A DNA stretch of 52,733 nt from a virus (Duplodnaviria; Caudoviricetes): positions 1 to 52,733 of IMG/VR virus record IMGVR_UViG_3300025418_000293; one strand, written 5' to 3'. Of the stretch, positions 31,956-42,069 are shown piece after piece (positions within the stretch are counted from its first letter, which is position 1; every line of letters starts with the position of its first letter). The notes beneath the pieces were generated by a model. The model was not told the DNA's origin, ran no database searches, and saw only the letters and a program-made list of their open reading frames with translations. The position numbers were made by a program, and so were the translations under genes.

Positions 31956-34778
31956 ATGGCAGACACCAAACTACTTGAAAATGTAGTTCCGCAGGGTCTG
32001 GGTTGGTATGTTGTTCTTGGATTAGCAAAAGACAAAAAGTCAATCCAAACTTTTCATAAGACCCTTGAAGAGGTTGAAGCACAAGCCGAGGATTTAGTTT
32101 CACGGTCATACAACGCTTTCTTTGGTTGCGGTAAATATAAAACAAGTGATAACAGAGAAGCCACAAATTGTGGTTGGATGCAGTCATTCTTCTTAGATAT
32201 TGACTGCGGGCAAGACAAGGCTATGCCTGACAAGACGGGCAGGATCAAAGGCTACATAGACCAGCAGACTGGAATGCAAGCCATCAAAGAACTGTGCAAG
32301 ATACTCAAGCTACCTAGACCAACTGTGGTTGACTCGGGGCGTGGGTGGCATATCTATTGGCCTTTGACTGAGCCTGTTGAGATTAGCAAGTGGCTTCCTG
32401 TTGCACATACATTCAAAGCCCGTTGCATAGAATCCAAGATCATTATTGATCCTGATGTACCCGCCGATGCCGCGCGGGTGTTGCGTATTCCAAGTACCAA
32501 GAACTTCAAGGACGATCCTCCTAATGATGTTGTCTTGATGTACGAAGCTAAGCCTATGCGGTTTGAGGACTTTGCGGGCTTGATGGGGCCGCTTGTTCCT
32601 ATTAAACCAGCGCACGTTCCCAAGCAGTTGGATGAACTAACCAAGGCGGTGATCGGTAACAAGCAATCTAGGTTTAGGCTTATCTTTGATAAAACACTTG
32701 AAGGCACGGGATGTGAGCAGTTGCGTTACATCATGGAGCACCAAGATCAGATTGAGGAGCCGTTATGGCGTGCGGGTCTCTCCATTGCAAAGCATTGTGT
32801 GGATGGTGATAAGGCTATCCATATCATCTCCAATAAGCATCCACAGTACAGCAAGAGCGAGACTGAGCGCAAGGCGCATTTGATTAAAGGCCCGTACACC
32901 TGCGAGACTTTCAACGACTTCAGACCCAATGTTTGTACTGTATGCCCGCACTGGCAGACTATCAAGTCTCCTATTGTGATTGGACACGAGATTGCTAAGT
33001 CCGAAGAGAATGTGGTAATAGGTAATGGTGAGGTTGAATTTGTCGCGCCGACGTTGCCCAATGGATATTTCCGAGGGCGCAACGGCGGTATTTATTTCAC
33101 GGCAAAAAAGAAGAAAGCCGACGACGCAGACAAAGAAGAAGATGTGGTTGTGTGCGTGTACAAGTACGACTTGTTCGTAACTAAAAGATTAAACGATCCC
33201 ATACACGGCGAAACTATTTTGATCAGACGCACGTTGCCACGCGACGGGCATAAAGAATTTCCGATAACAATTGTTGATACGTTAAGCAAAGATGAGTTTA
33301 AAAAAGTCATGGCGTTTAACGGCATCATTGAGTTGCCCGATAAGATGCAACACATTCTCGGGTATATCGTGGCTTGCGCCAAAGAACTACAAATAATCCA
33401 AGAGGTTGAAACTATGCGACTACAGTTTGGTTGGACAGATGACGACGATAAATTTATTTTGGGAACTAGAGAGATTGGCCCGAGCTATGTACGCTACAGC
33501 CCTCCTTCTAAAGCAACAGGTGAGATTGCCAACGCGCTACGGCCAGTTGGCGATCTAGATACATGGAAGAATATTGTTAACGTCTATGACCTGCCTGGGT
33601 TTGAACCGCATGCGTTTGCGTTATTCAGTGCATTCGGCGCGCCTTTGATTAAATTCATGGGCATCAAGGGTGGCATCATCAACTTGATTAACAACAAATC
33701 AGGTACGGGTAAGTCAACCATTTTGCAGGTGATGAATAGCGTATGGGGCCATCCTGATGAGCTTATGCTATCGTGGAGAGACACGATGAATGTGAAGATG
33801 CACCGCCTAGCAGTCATGTGTAACCTACCTATTGGCGTAGATGAGATCACTAAGATGAGTGGGGATGAGTTTTCTGATATGGCGTACAGCGCAACGCAGG
33901 GCGCACCTAGGCGCAGGATGAAAGCAAATGCAAATGAAGAACGATTAGCCGAAGGCTTTTGGGCTACGCTCATGGTTTGCACTTCTAACTCCAGCATGAT
34001 TGATAAGCTACAGGCATTAAAGAGCACCTCAGAGGGTGAACTAATGAGGCTGATGCAGTACAAGATTGAGCCTACAAACAACCTTGACAAGCGCGAAGCC
34101 AAGAGATTGTTTGGTAAACTGCAGAGTAACTATGGCCTTGCAGGTCAGCCGTACGCCCAATACTTGGTGCAGAATTTAGAAGAAGTTATAGACACGGCTA
34201 TGAACATCCAAGCAAAGTTTGATAGTAGAGCAAACGTAGAAACCCGAGAACGGTTTTGGTCTGCTATTACTGCCAGCAATATTGCGGGTGCCATGGTTGC
34301 TAAGAAGCTAGGGCTTCACGACATAAATACCAAGCGTGTATTTGACTGGGCGGTATCACAGGTGGGGGATATGCAGGTGGAAACCCAATTGTCGATGGAT
34401 GATTACGCGGGCGTAATCGGCGAATTTATGTTGAGATATAACGCTAATATTTTAGTTATCAACCATAATAGTACATCCAGAGCGGGCATCGCGGCCGCGC
34501 CTATCTCGAACCCCAAGGGTGCGATTATGATACGCTATGAGCCAGACACTCAGCGTCTCCTGATTCTAAGAAATCCCCTGCGTGAGTTTTGTGTGGAACG
34601 CCAAGTTACATTCACCGACTTGCTCGCCGCGCTTAACAAAGAAGGCTCGTTCATTGGCGTCAACCGCGCCCGTATGGAGGTTGGAACGGACATGAAAGCG
34701 CCGCCCGTAGAAGTGTTGGAGTTTGATTCCAACAAACTTGGAATAGCCCCTGATGTTGCTGTGACCAATGAGGATTGA
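31956..34778 (+). CDS. Primase-helicase (AEP/RepB-like primase, Cys cluster, DUF927-like ATPase)
   Basis: FLDIDC, SGRGWHIYW, ARVLRIP; PYTC...CTVCPH; SGTGKST Walker A, VDE Walker B. Confidence 0.88.
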   Translation: MADTKLLENVVPQGLGWYVVLGLAKDKKSIQTFHKTLEEVEAQAEDLVSRSYNAFFGCGKYKTSDNREATNCGWMQSFFLDIDCGQDKAMPDKTGRIKGYIDQQTGMQAIKELCKILKLPRPTVVDSGRGWHIYWPLTEPVEISKWLPVAHTFKARCIESKIIIDPDVPADAARVLRIPSTKNFKDDPPNDVVLMYEAKPMRFEDFAGLMGPLVPIKPAHVPKQLDELTKAVIGNKQSRFRLIFDKTLEGTGCEQLRYIMEHQDQIEEPLWRAGLSIAKHCVDGDKAIHIISNKHPQYSKSETERKAHLIKGPYTCETFNDFRPNVCTVCPHWQTIKSPIVIGHEIAKSEENVVIGNGEVEFVAPTLPNGYFRGRNGGIYFTAKKKKADDADKEEDVVVCVYKYDLFVTKRLNDPIHGETILIRRTLPRDGHKEFPITIVDTLSKDEFKKVMAFNGIIELPDKMQHILGYIVACAKELQIIQEVETMRLQFGWTDDDDKFILGTREIGPSYVRYSPPSKATGEIANALRPVGDLDTWKNIVNVYDLPGFEPHAFALFSAFGAPLIKFMGIKGGIINLINNKSGTGKSTILQVMNSVWGHPDELMLSWRDTMNVKMHRLAVMCNLPIGVDEITKMSGDEFSDMAYSATQGAPRRRMKANANEERLAEGFWATLMVCTSNSSMIDKLQALKSTSEGELMRLMQYKIEPTNNLDKREAKRLFGKLQSNYGLAGQPYAQYLVQNLEEVIDTAMNIQAKFDSRANVETRERFWSAITASNIAGAMVAKKLGLHDINTKRVFDWAVSQVGDMQVETQLSMDDYAGVIGEFMLRYNANILVINHNSTSRAGIAAAPISNPKGAIMIRYEPDTQRLLILRNPLREFCVERQVTFTDLLAALNKEGSFIGVNRARMEVGTDMKAPPVEVLEFDSNKLGIAPDVAVTNED

Positions 34779-35007
34779 CGGAATAGATTACGATTTAAAC
34801 TGGCAAGAATTTACAATAGGTAGTTCTTTTTTCGTACCTTGCCTTGCCGTTACCCATGGCAAAAGGGATATTGTGCGTAAGATGAAGCGGCTTAGATATG
34901 CCGTTATTGTAAAAATTGTTATAGAAGATGGAATAAAAGGCTTGCGCGTTTGGCGGATTCCTCGTAAACTGTCTATGCAACCGCAGTTGCTTTTTCCTTT
35001 GGATTGA
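34768..35007 (+). CDS. Small conserved hypothetical protein
   Basis: W-EF-IGSSFFVPC...GLRVWR; last plus-strand gene. Confidence 0.7.
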   Translation: MRIDGIDYDLNWQEFTIGSSFFVPCLAVTHGKRDIVRKMKRLRYAVIVKIVIEDGIKGLRVWRIPRKLSMQPQLLFPLD

Positions 35008-35014
35008 GGTATTT

Positions 35015-35046
35015 ACCCCGCTAAGTAATATTAGCGGGGTTTTTTT
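35015..35046 (+). terminator. Terminator at the convergence of the two transcription units
   Basis: ACCCCGCTAA-GTAATA-TTAGCGGGGT followed by a T run. Confidence 0.88.
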
Positions 35047-38000
35047 AATCCATATAGTCTTTGTTACCCAACAAATCTACTAAACGTTTGTCTACAAACA
35101 AACCATGCTCTGTTTGGTCAGATTTAGTCATACGTTCTTTAATAGAATTATTTAAACTTTTTAAAGGTATTCCGACATCTGGGTAGTTACTATTAAATTT
35201 ATCAATTTTTTCCATAGCAGTATCCAAAGATTCATCATCGTTGGACATAAAAGATATTGCATAAAGATTTAATAAATTTTGGCGTTTAGATAATATGGCT
35301 TGTTCTTGGCTCTTAACAGTGATGTTGTAGAACTGACGCTCAGATAGTTCTGAAGAGCGAATACCAAGAGATTGCATAAGCAAGTAGAACGGGCTTACTT
35401 CTTCCATTAGTGGATCGCCACGCAAAGTATTGACACCTTCATTAGCATAGCGGGCGGCGACCATTGGGTTTTTAATGAAAGCTGGCATTAGGGTTTCTAA
35501 TCCTCTATCCGCTTGCCCTTGGTTAAATAATTTTATAGCCTGTGCTACGTTAATGCCAAGACCAACAGTTGGGCCCAAGGCATCAATTAAATGACTTTGT
35601 AACCATTCAACTTCATCTTGATTTTTGCGGTTATCGCGGAACCACATGTCGTCTAGTTTAACGCGATCGGCAAGGTCAATACCTGCTGCGTTACCAATAC
35701 CACGGGTAAGCAATGTACCTACGTTTTGGCCAAACGTTTCAACCATTGTATTAACAAACTCTAGTTCAAAATCAAACGGTTCTTCGTCATCATCGTCGTC
35801 TCTTAAACCATTGATCACAGCGTTAGCAATCAATGATACTGTTGAGAAGCCCCAGAGACCAGTTCCCCCCGCAAATATGCCCGCCATACCCATCGTACCA
35901 ACAAATCTTGCAGTAGCTTCACGTTTTACTTCAGGTGATGCCCCTTTAAACATATTGACAAAATTATGCATTATAAAAAATGTCATTTGTTGCGGGAATT
36001 GTTTGAACTGCAATACCACGCGGGCAGTGGGATTTTGAAAATAACGCGGTTTGTTTGGTGAAGAGTAGTCAAACATTGAACGAGTGGTTGCATCTTTTGC
36101 TTCTGCAACAGATTCAGCAAACGCCCTTTGTTGATCGGGATAACTCTTACGTTTTTCCATGGCCGCGCGGAACGCTGACATCGCAACAACTTCACGGTTA
36201 AATCGTTCTGTGTTATGGAATAACGAAGTTAGGGCTTCCATAATCCTATGAGACGCACCAAAATATTTATCCGTTGGGGCAGATGCAAGACCAGATTGAT
36301 CATAAGTTGCAGTAATATCGATAAGCCCGTCTGCTACAAATCGTCTATATGCCGCTTGGTCTAGTCTAGACATTTTGTTTGATCGGTCTAGCGTGGGGAA
36401 CAATACGCGGTTATCGCGCAGACGCGCACCTGTTTCTAGCCCAAATCCTGTGCCTAATATTTGACCTGTTACTTTACCCATTTCGCCAAGAGCTTTTACA
36501 GTGGCTTTGGTATAGCTCATGTTTGGGTTTGCTTTAACATATTGACCCACCAATGTGGGCAAGCCAATCATCATACCACCTACCACGTTAACAATGGCAG
36601 AAGCGGGCGCAGTCAAATACCAGATAAAACCAACATTAGATAACAAAGAAGGTATTTTGCCTATATCTGTAGGGTTTAGCATCAATTTAAGACGCTTGTC
36701 CATTTCGTCTACATAATCGCTTAGCTCATTGTTTTCCCGCACTGTGCCTATTTCTAAGCCTTTATTAACATCAATTCTGTTTTTGATTTGAGCTTTTGCG
36801 GCTTCAATTTGTGAGAACATTTCAGGTGCATGTTCTAAGCGGGCTAGTTGATACGCCATTTGAAACGACGATGCAGCAAAATTACGCAGAGCATCTTCAG
36901 AGTAACCAGCTATGTTTTGACGATGCACAAACTGATTACGGAAACTACGCTCGGGTTGTATAGACAAAAAAGATTGATAAATACTATCTTTTAATTCTTG
37001 CTTTTGGTCTGTTGTAGTTGCTCCAGAAAAATCAGCTTTTTCCACTGCGTCAAATACAGACTTTAAGAAATTAGATTCTTTAGCATGATGGTCTTGTTGT
37101 TCTGCATAATTGTAGAATGGTTTGACTGTAGTTTCTAATTCTGGGTTCTCAGCCAAACGCCATTCTAAATGAGCTTCCATTTGCCCCAAGGATTCAAACA
37201 TATAGTACTCACGCGTAGCGCCTTTGCCAATCTGATAGGCAAAACGACCATGACGCATTAGCGGGAAGTACGGCCCTTTCATCTTAGTCTTTTCAAATTC
37301 ATTGCGGATTTCTAAAAGAGTTGCTTCAGAAATACCGTGTTTACGCATCATAATGATGCGCTTATTCATGTAGTTTCTATATTCGCTAAATCTATTTTCA
37401 TAGAAATTACGCACATCCTGATAAATTTTTATTGCTTCAGGATGTTTTTTTAATTCTTTCCAATCTGCAAATAGTTCTGAATTATTAACGTCGTTTCTTT
37501 CTGCGTTAGATGGCTTATCTGGATCAACTTCTTTAATCGTTGCAGCATGCATAACCTTAGCCAACAACTTAGAAACCTCTGGCTTAGCAGCCTGCATACG
37601 TTCCCAGCGCTTAGATATGTCGCCTGATACGCGCAAAATATTATTTTTGCGGGCAAGGAAATCTTCAGTAACGCGGACAAAGTTATCTATCTGTGGTATG
37701 CGTTTAGCAACCAAATCACCAATTTGACGTAAAGTTAACGCACCCAATAATGCTGGTCTAAGAGATGCTTTAGCACTGTTGTAAAAAATTGGGAATCTTT
37801 CTTTAACTTCGTTCCAGTTTGATGAATTTAATAACCGTCTAAATGAAGACTGCTGAATACCCATACCCTTGGGTACTACTGTAATTCGTTTTGCAGCGCG
37901 TAGCGCTTTTGGTGTGGAAACAGTTTCTTTGCCTGTCACACCGCCAGATAGCAACAAGTCCGTAGCCCGCATGGCTTCAACCATGACGTTGCTTTCATGG

Positions 38001-41000
38001 CCAGGTTTGACACCAAATAATTTAGAGATTGAATTGGTAAATTGAGTCCACAACGAGAACGGCGCGGCTTTGTAACGTAGCCCGCGTAATAAGTATTGAA
38101 ACTCAGGGTTGGTCATTGCCTCTGACACAAACTCGTGCAAGTCTTGTAGACCATAGATGTTATCGTCGGTCATACCTTGCAAAGACAACACACCCTTGGC
38201 GTGATTGTACAACTCTAAGAGTTTGTCGTAGCCTTCTTTGCGAGCACCTGTCAACTCATCTGGGTTGTCAATCAATCCGATTGTTGCCGCATGTAACGCT
38301 TCGTGTAGAAATAGATGATCAGTTATGCCCGCGCTACTGCCGCGCAATACTATTTCATCAGTGCTTGGGTCGTATTTACCAATCCAAGCAAATTGTTTTT
38401 GAACTAATTCGGCCGTCTGTTGCAATATTTCATTATGCGCGCTATCAGGCTTAAACGAACCTTTTAGTCGTTCAAGTGCTGCTTGAATCTCATTGAGCTT
38501 ATTTGAATTAAGCAATGACAAAAGAACTGCGTGTTCACTAGCGGGTAAAAGTGCAACCACTCCATCTGACAACGCTTTTAATTGCCCGTTTAAAGTTTCT
38601 TTAACTTTTGGGTCGCTAGATAAAGACTCAACGGCGTCTTTGCTAATCAATCTTGATGTAGCAGTAATACCTGCGTCAAGCAAACGATTGGCCAACTCTT
38701 TATAGTAAGTATTACCTTCAGCTTCGGCTACAAGTTGCAGTGCTTGTTTAACATTACCACTTTCCAGCAAACGTCGAATGGCTGGATGCACTGAAGAAAT
38801 TTCTCTAACGTGAGGCAGATTACGCCTAGAAGTTTTTGGTTCTTCTATTTCTTCCTGTTCACCTGCTTCAGTTTCAGCTTCTTTTATAGCTTCATATTTA
38901 GGAGCTCTAGGTATTTTGCGGCTTGAAGATTTTTCAGCGCGCTTAATTTTGTTTTCTGTTTTTTGCAGTCTTCTATCAATATTGTATTTTGAAACTGCAT
39001 TGGCGTGTTTTTGTTGCTCTGCAATATGGTCGCGTTGTTCTTGAATTAATTTTTTAAGAACTTCAACTGTGTCTTTGCTTAAATTTTGTTCAATCCATTC
39101 TTTAAATCTAAGCGCATATTTTCCGCCTTCGCCATGAAAAGTAGAGTTAGCGCCGTGATTTTTAGGGTAGGCTTCAAAGTGTGCAATATCATAAGCTAAG
39201 TCAGTCAACGCATCGCCAAATGATTTACGGCTCATATTGTTTAAATATGAGAACGCAGCTAACGCATTTTTTGAAGGTTGATAATATACAACATCCGCCA
39301 AACTTCTTATTGCTGCCCTTAACTTAGGGTCTTGAATAAGATGTTTTTTTTCTACGTTGCGTATGCTGGGCCTGCGTGGAGAACCGTCAGGCATTTTACC
39401 TGGAGCTACGGACTCACCAACAATGTGAGACACTTCTTCGGGATGAGGCATTATGGCCCTGTGCTCACCTGTCCCATACACGGGTGTGTTTCTACGGGGT
39501 ATATTTATACCTGTTCCGCTATTTTTTATGTTGTCTAATCGACGTTGCAATTCGCCGCTAAATTCTTGCAATCCACGACGAGTTGTTAAATCAGGTAGAT
39601 TGTGGTCTTTAAATAGTCTTGACTGCTGAAAGATAGTTGAATTTTTCAAACGCGCCATTAACGCTTTTAATTTTTTCGCGCCACCCACACGGTCGGCAAG
39701 AAAATCTAATACTTGTTTTAGACCTTCACTTGTTCTTTCACCTGGTTTTGCAATATCAAATTCAAATGTTTTGTTTGTAAGAACTTTTTTTAGATCGGCG
39801 TGTTTCTTTTTTTCGTCTTCTGTTTCGGAAGCAGATTTAATATCATCAAAAAAACCTTTGATGATTTGGCCTTCTTCTGTTTCGGCTATATGCTCTTCTT
39901 CTGCTTCTTTATCAGGCGCACGATTTGATGTTTCTTTTTCTCCTTCTTCTCTTTCTTCACCTATTAATTCAGTTTCTTCTGGCTCTTCTAACTCTTTTGG
40001 TTCTTCAAAATCTTCTTCGGTTAAATTTTCATTTGCATGTGCGCCAAACTCTTCAGCTTTAGCTTGTCTTTCTTGGCGTTTCTTTTCAATCTTTTCTTTT
40101 AGCTCTTCAGCTTGAGCTTGTGTCTCAGCTCTCTTTTTGCGCTGATCCTCAGTAAGCATCATGTCCAACATATCGTATTGTGTTGGAAATCTTTCTCTAG
40201 CAGTTTTTGGTTTAGGTGGTGCGTTTTTAGCTTCTATATCTTTAGATAATTCTTGCGCACGTTCATTGGCTAAGTCTTCTTTTGTTTTACCAAATACAGA
40301 ACCAAGACTTTCTGGTTCTTCTATACCAACTTTTTCTTCCTTACTGCCTTTGAACAGTTCGCCCTGCATAGCACGGGGTTTACTTACTACTTTTTCCCCA
40401 AACTTTAAATGCATTGCAGTTGTATTGTCTAAACCTTGCGCATCTACCAATTTACGCAAATCCGCCTGCATCTTATAAAGAGTATCAAACTGACTTTCCG
40501 TTTTATTGGGTTTATCATTAAGTTCGATTATTCTATTTAGCAAATAATCGTAAGAATCTACAAAATCAGTTGTAGCCAAAGGCTTGGTAGCGGGCGTTGC
40601 TTGTCCTTGCGGCGTTGTTTGCTGGGTTTCAGAGGTTTGAGTGCCACTTACTGTTGTTCCTTGTTCAATTTTTTCGTTCTTAGGTATTACACCTAATTTT
40701 TTACCAGCCTCAAAAATTTGATTTTTTACTTCAGCAGTAATAGACGGATCATTTGCAATAGACTGTCTAAAATCTGCATTGCCTAAATCAACGGGAACAA
40801 AAGGCCAATCTGGATTCCATCCCGCTTTCTTTTGCTCGTCTAAAGCTAGTTGACGTACTGTACTTACTGCAGGGGGTTGGCCCGCTTCTCCAGCATTAGG
40901 TGATCCAACATTCGCTCCAGGAGAAACCACTCCTGCGGTTTGAGTTGCTGGAGCTCCTGCGGGAGGGGCCACGTTTGTACTGGGTTGTCCAGCCAGTCCA

Positions 41001-42058
41001 GTGCTTGTTCCACTTGGTGGATTGATAGGTTGTTTAACATCTTCTGGTTCCTTTGTCATTTGGTCTATTACAGACCCTTGAGATACGCCTTTTAATATGT
41101 TTTGTGCGCCAGGTTTCTGGCGGGCATTGTAGGTATCGGAAACATGACTATACGCTCCCATGGGGCCACCTAGCAATAGGGCTCCGCCCGCAGCATCCAT
41201 ATATTCTTTGGCTGCGTCGGGGTCAGAAAATGGGTTTAATGGTAGCCCTGCTTGCCAGCGCTCCAACACTTGCTGTGCAACTTCTTGAGGAACCTCAAAC
41301 GCCAAGCCTTCTGCAGCTCCTTTAGCCACGGCGCGTCTGTAAGCGCCAGGTTTTGTAGCTGCTTGAACAATTTCCATTGCTGTCTTTTCAGCAGCTTCTT
41401 TGCCCTCTATGCCAACCAAGCGGCCAAGTGGTTTGAAAAACTTGAAGCCCATAACATCAAGCGCCGTCTGACCTGCCGCCGCTACTAGTGCGGGCATGCG
41501 GTTGATGTCTTCGTATTTCTTACCAGCTTTCTCCTGTTCTTGCTTTTGGCGAGATATGTTATCTGCCAGGTAAGAACCAAGAGCGGTCAAACCAAACGCA
41601 GCCGTACCAATTGCAGCGGCGGGTAATTCAAGTGGCGCGGCCAGCACAGTCGCTGCGCCAAGACCAGCCGCATAGGCTGGGGCCATTGTGCCTAGTGATG
41701 ATCCTGCGACTTCTTTGAACTTATCAACTGTTTGACCAAGAGCTTGACCATAGTTGCCTTCGTTGAAGGCTTTACCAATGTCGCTAAATTGAGTCTGTTT
41801 ATAAGCATTATCTGATTCCTGACTGGCTTTGAGGATGTCATTTGTTGCTTTCTTTTGTCCTACGCCCGCAAACAACGCAAGGGTAGGTATGGCAGTTTTA
41901 GCACGTTCTCTTAATGAAGTTCCAAATGATCCAAAGAACCCACCTTTTTCTGTGGGTTCTTGCTTTTGTTCAAAAGGATCCACAATAGGTGTTTGCGTTT
42001 CCGCAAACGAATCTACAATAGATGGTTCTTTTGCAGCAAATGGATCAACAATCGCCAT
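35045..42058 (-). CDS. Large internal virion (ejection) protein, polyvalent type
   Basis: 2337 aa; Ala/Gly-rich hydrophobic N-region; central FLHEALHAA...LHEFVSEAMTNPEFQ zincin-like motif; helical C-terminal domain. Confidence 0.8.
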   Translation of the reverse strand: MAIVDPFAAKEPSIVDSFAETQTPIVDPFEQKQEPTEKGGFFGSFGTSLRERAKTAIPTLALFAGVGQKKATNDILKASQESDNAYKQTQFSDIGKAFNEGNYGQALGQTVDKFKEVAGSSLGTMAPAYAAGLGAATVLAAPLELPAAAIGTAAFGLTALGSYLADNISRQKQEQEKAGKKYEDINRMPALVAAAGQTALDVMGFKFFKPLGRLVGIEGKEAAEKTAMEIVQAATKPGAYRRAVAKGAAEGLAFEVPQEVAQQVLERWQAGLPLNPFSDPDAAKEYMDAAGGALLLGGPMGAYSHVSDTYNARQKPGAQNILKGVSQGSVIDQMTKEPEDVKQPINPPSGTSTGLAGQPSTNVAPPAGAPATQTAGVVSPGANVGSPNAGEAGQPPAVSTVRQLALDEQKKAGWNPDWPFVPVDLGNADFRQSIANDPSITAEVKNQIFEAGKKLGVIPKNEKIEQGTTVSGTQTSETQQTTPQGQATPATKPLATTDFVDSYDYLLNRIIELNDKPNKTESQFDTLYKMQADLRKLVDAQGLDNTTAMHLKFGEKVVSKPRAMQGELFKGSKEEKVGIEEPESLGSVFGKTKEDLANERAQELSKDIEAKNAPPKPKTARERFPTQYDMLDMMLTEDQRKKRAETQAQAEELKEKIEKKRQERQAKAEEFGAHANENLTEEDFEEPKELEEPEETELIGEEREEGEKETSNRAPDKEAEEEHIAETEEGQIIKGFFDDIKSASETEDEKKKHADLKKVLTNKTFEFDIAKPGERTSEGLKQVLDFLADRVGGAKKLKALMARLKNSTIFQQSRLFKDHNLPDLTTRRGLQEFSGELQRRLDNIKNSGTGINIPRRNTPVYGTGEHRAIMPHPEEVSHIVGESVAPGKMPDGSPRRPSIRNVEKKHLIQDPKLRAAIRSLADVVYYQPSKNALAAFSYLNNMSRKSFGDALTDLAYDIAHFEAYPKNHGANSTFHGEGGKYALRFKEWIEQNLSKDTVEVLKKLIQEQRDHIAEQQKHANAVSKYNIDRRLQKTENKIKRAEKSSSRKIPRAPKYEAIKEAETEAGEQEEIEEPKTSRRNLPHVREISSVHPAIRRLLESGNVKQALQLVAEAEGNTYYKELANRLLDAGITATSRLISKDAVESLSSDPKVKETLNGQLKALSDGVVALLPASEHAVLLSLLNSNKLNEIQAALERLKGSFKPDSAHNEILQQTAELVQKQFAWIGKYDPSTDEIVLRGSSAGITDHLFLHEALHAATIGLIDNPDELTGARKEGYDKLLELYNHAKGVLSLQGMTDDNIYGLQDLHEFVSEAMTNPEFQYLLRGLRYKAAPFSLWTQFTNSISKLFGVKPGHESNVMVEAMRATDLLLSGGVTGKETVSTPKALRAAKRITVVPKGMGIQQSSFRRLLNSSNWNEVKERFPIFYNSAKASLRPALLGALTLRQIGDLVAKRIPQIDNFVRVTEDFLARKNNILRVSGDISKRWERMQAAKPEVSKLLAKVMHAATIKEVDPDKPSNAERNDVNNSELFADWKELKKHPEAIKIYQDVRNFYENRFSEYRNYMNKRIIMMRKHGISEATLLEIRNEFEKTKMKGPYFPLMRHGRFAYQIGKGATREYYMFESLGQMEAHLEWRLAENPELETTVKPFYNYAEQQDHHAKESNFLKSVFDAVEKADFSGATTTDQKQELKDSIYQSFLSIQPERSFRNQFVHRQNIAGYSEDALRNFAASSFQMAYQLARLEHAPEMFSQIEAAKAQIKNRIDVNKGLEIGTVRENNELSDYVDEMDKRLKLMLNPTDIGKIPSLLSNVGFIWYLTAPASAIVNVVGGMMIGLPTLVGQYVKANPNMSYTKATVKALGEMGKVTGQILGTGFGLETGARLRDNRVLFPTLDRSNKMSRLDQAAYRRFVADGLIDITATYDQSGLASAPTDKYFGASHRIMEALTSLFHNTERFNREVVAMSAFRAAMEKRKSYPDQQRAFAESVAEAKDATTRSMFDYSSPNKPRYFQNPTARVVLQFKQFPQQMTFFIMHNFVNMFKGASPEVKREATARFVGTMGMAGIFAGGTGLWGFSTVSLIANAVINGLRDDDDDEEPFDFELEFVNTMVETFGQNVGTLLTRGIGNAAGIDLADRVKLDDMWFRDNRKNQDEVEWLQSHLIDALGPTVGLGINVAQAIKLFNQGQADRGLETLMPAFIKNPMVAARYANEGVNTLRGDPLMEEVSPFYLLMQSLGIRSSELSERQFYNITVKSQEQAILSKRQNLLNLYAISFMSNDDESLDTAMEKIDKFNSNYPDVGIPLKSLNNSIKERMTKSDQTEHGLFVDKRLVDLLGNKDYMD

Positions 42059-42069
42059 ATTAAATTCCT

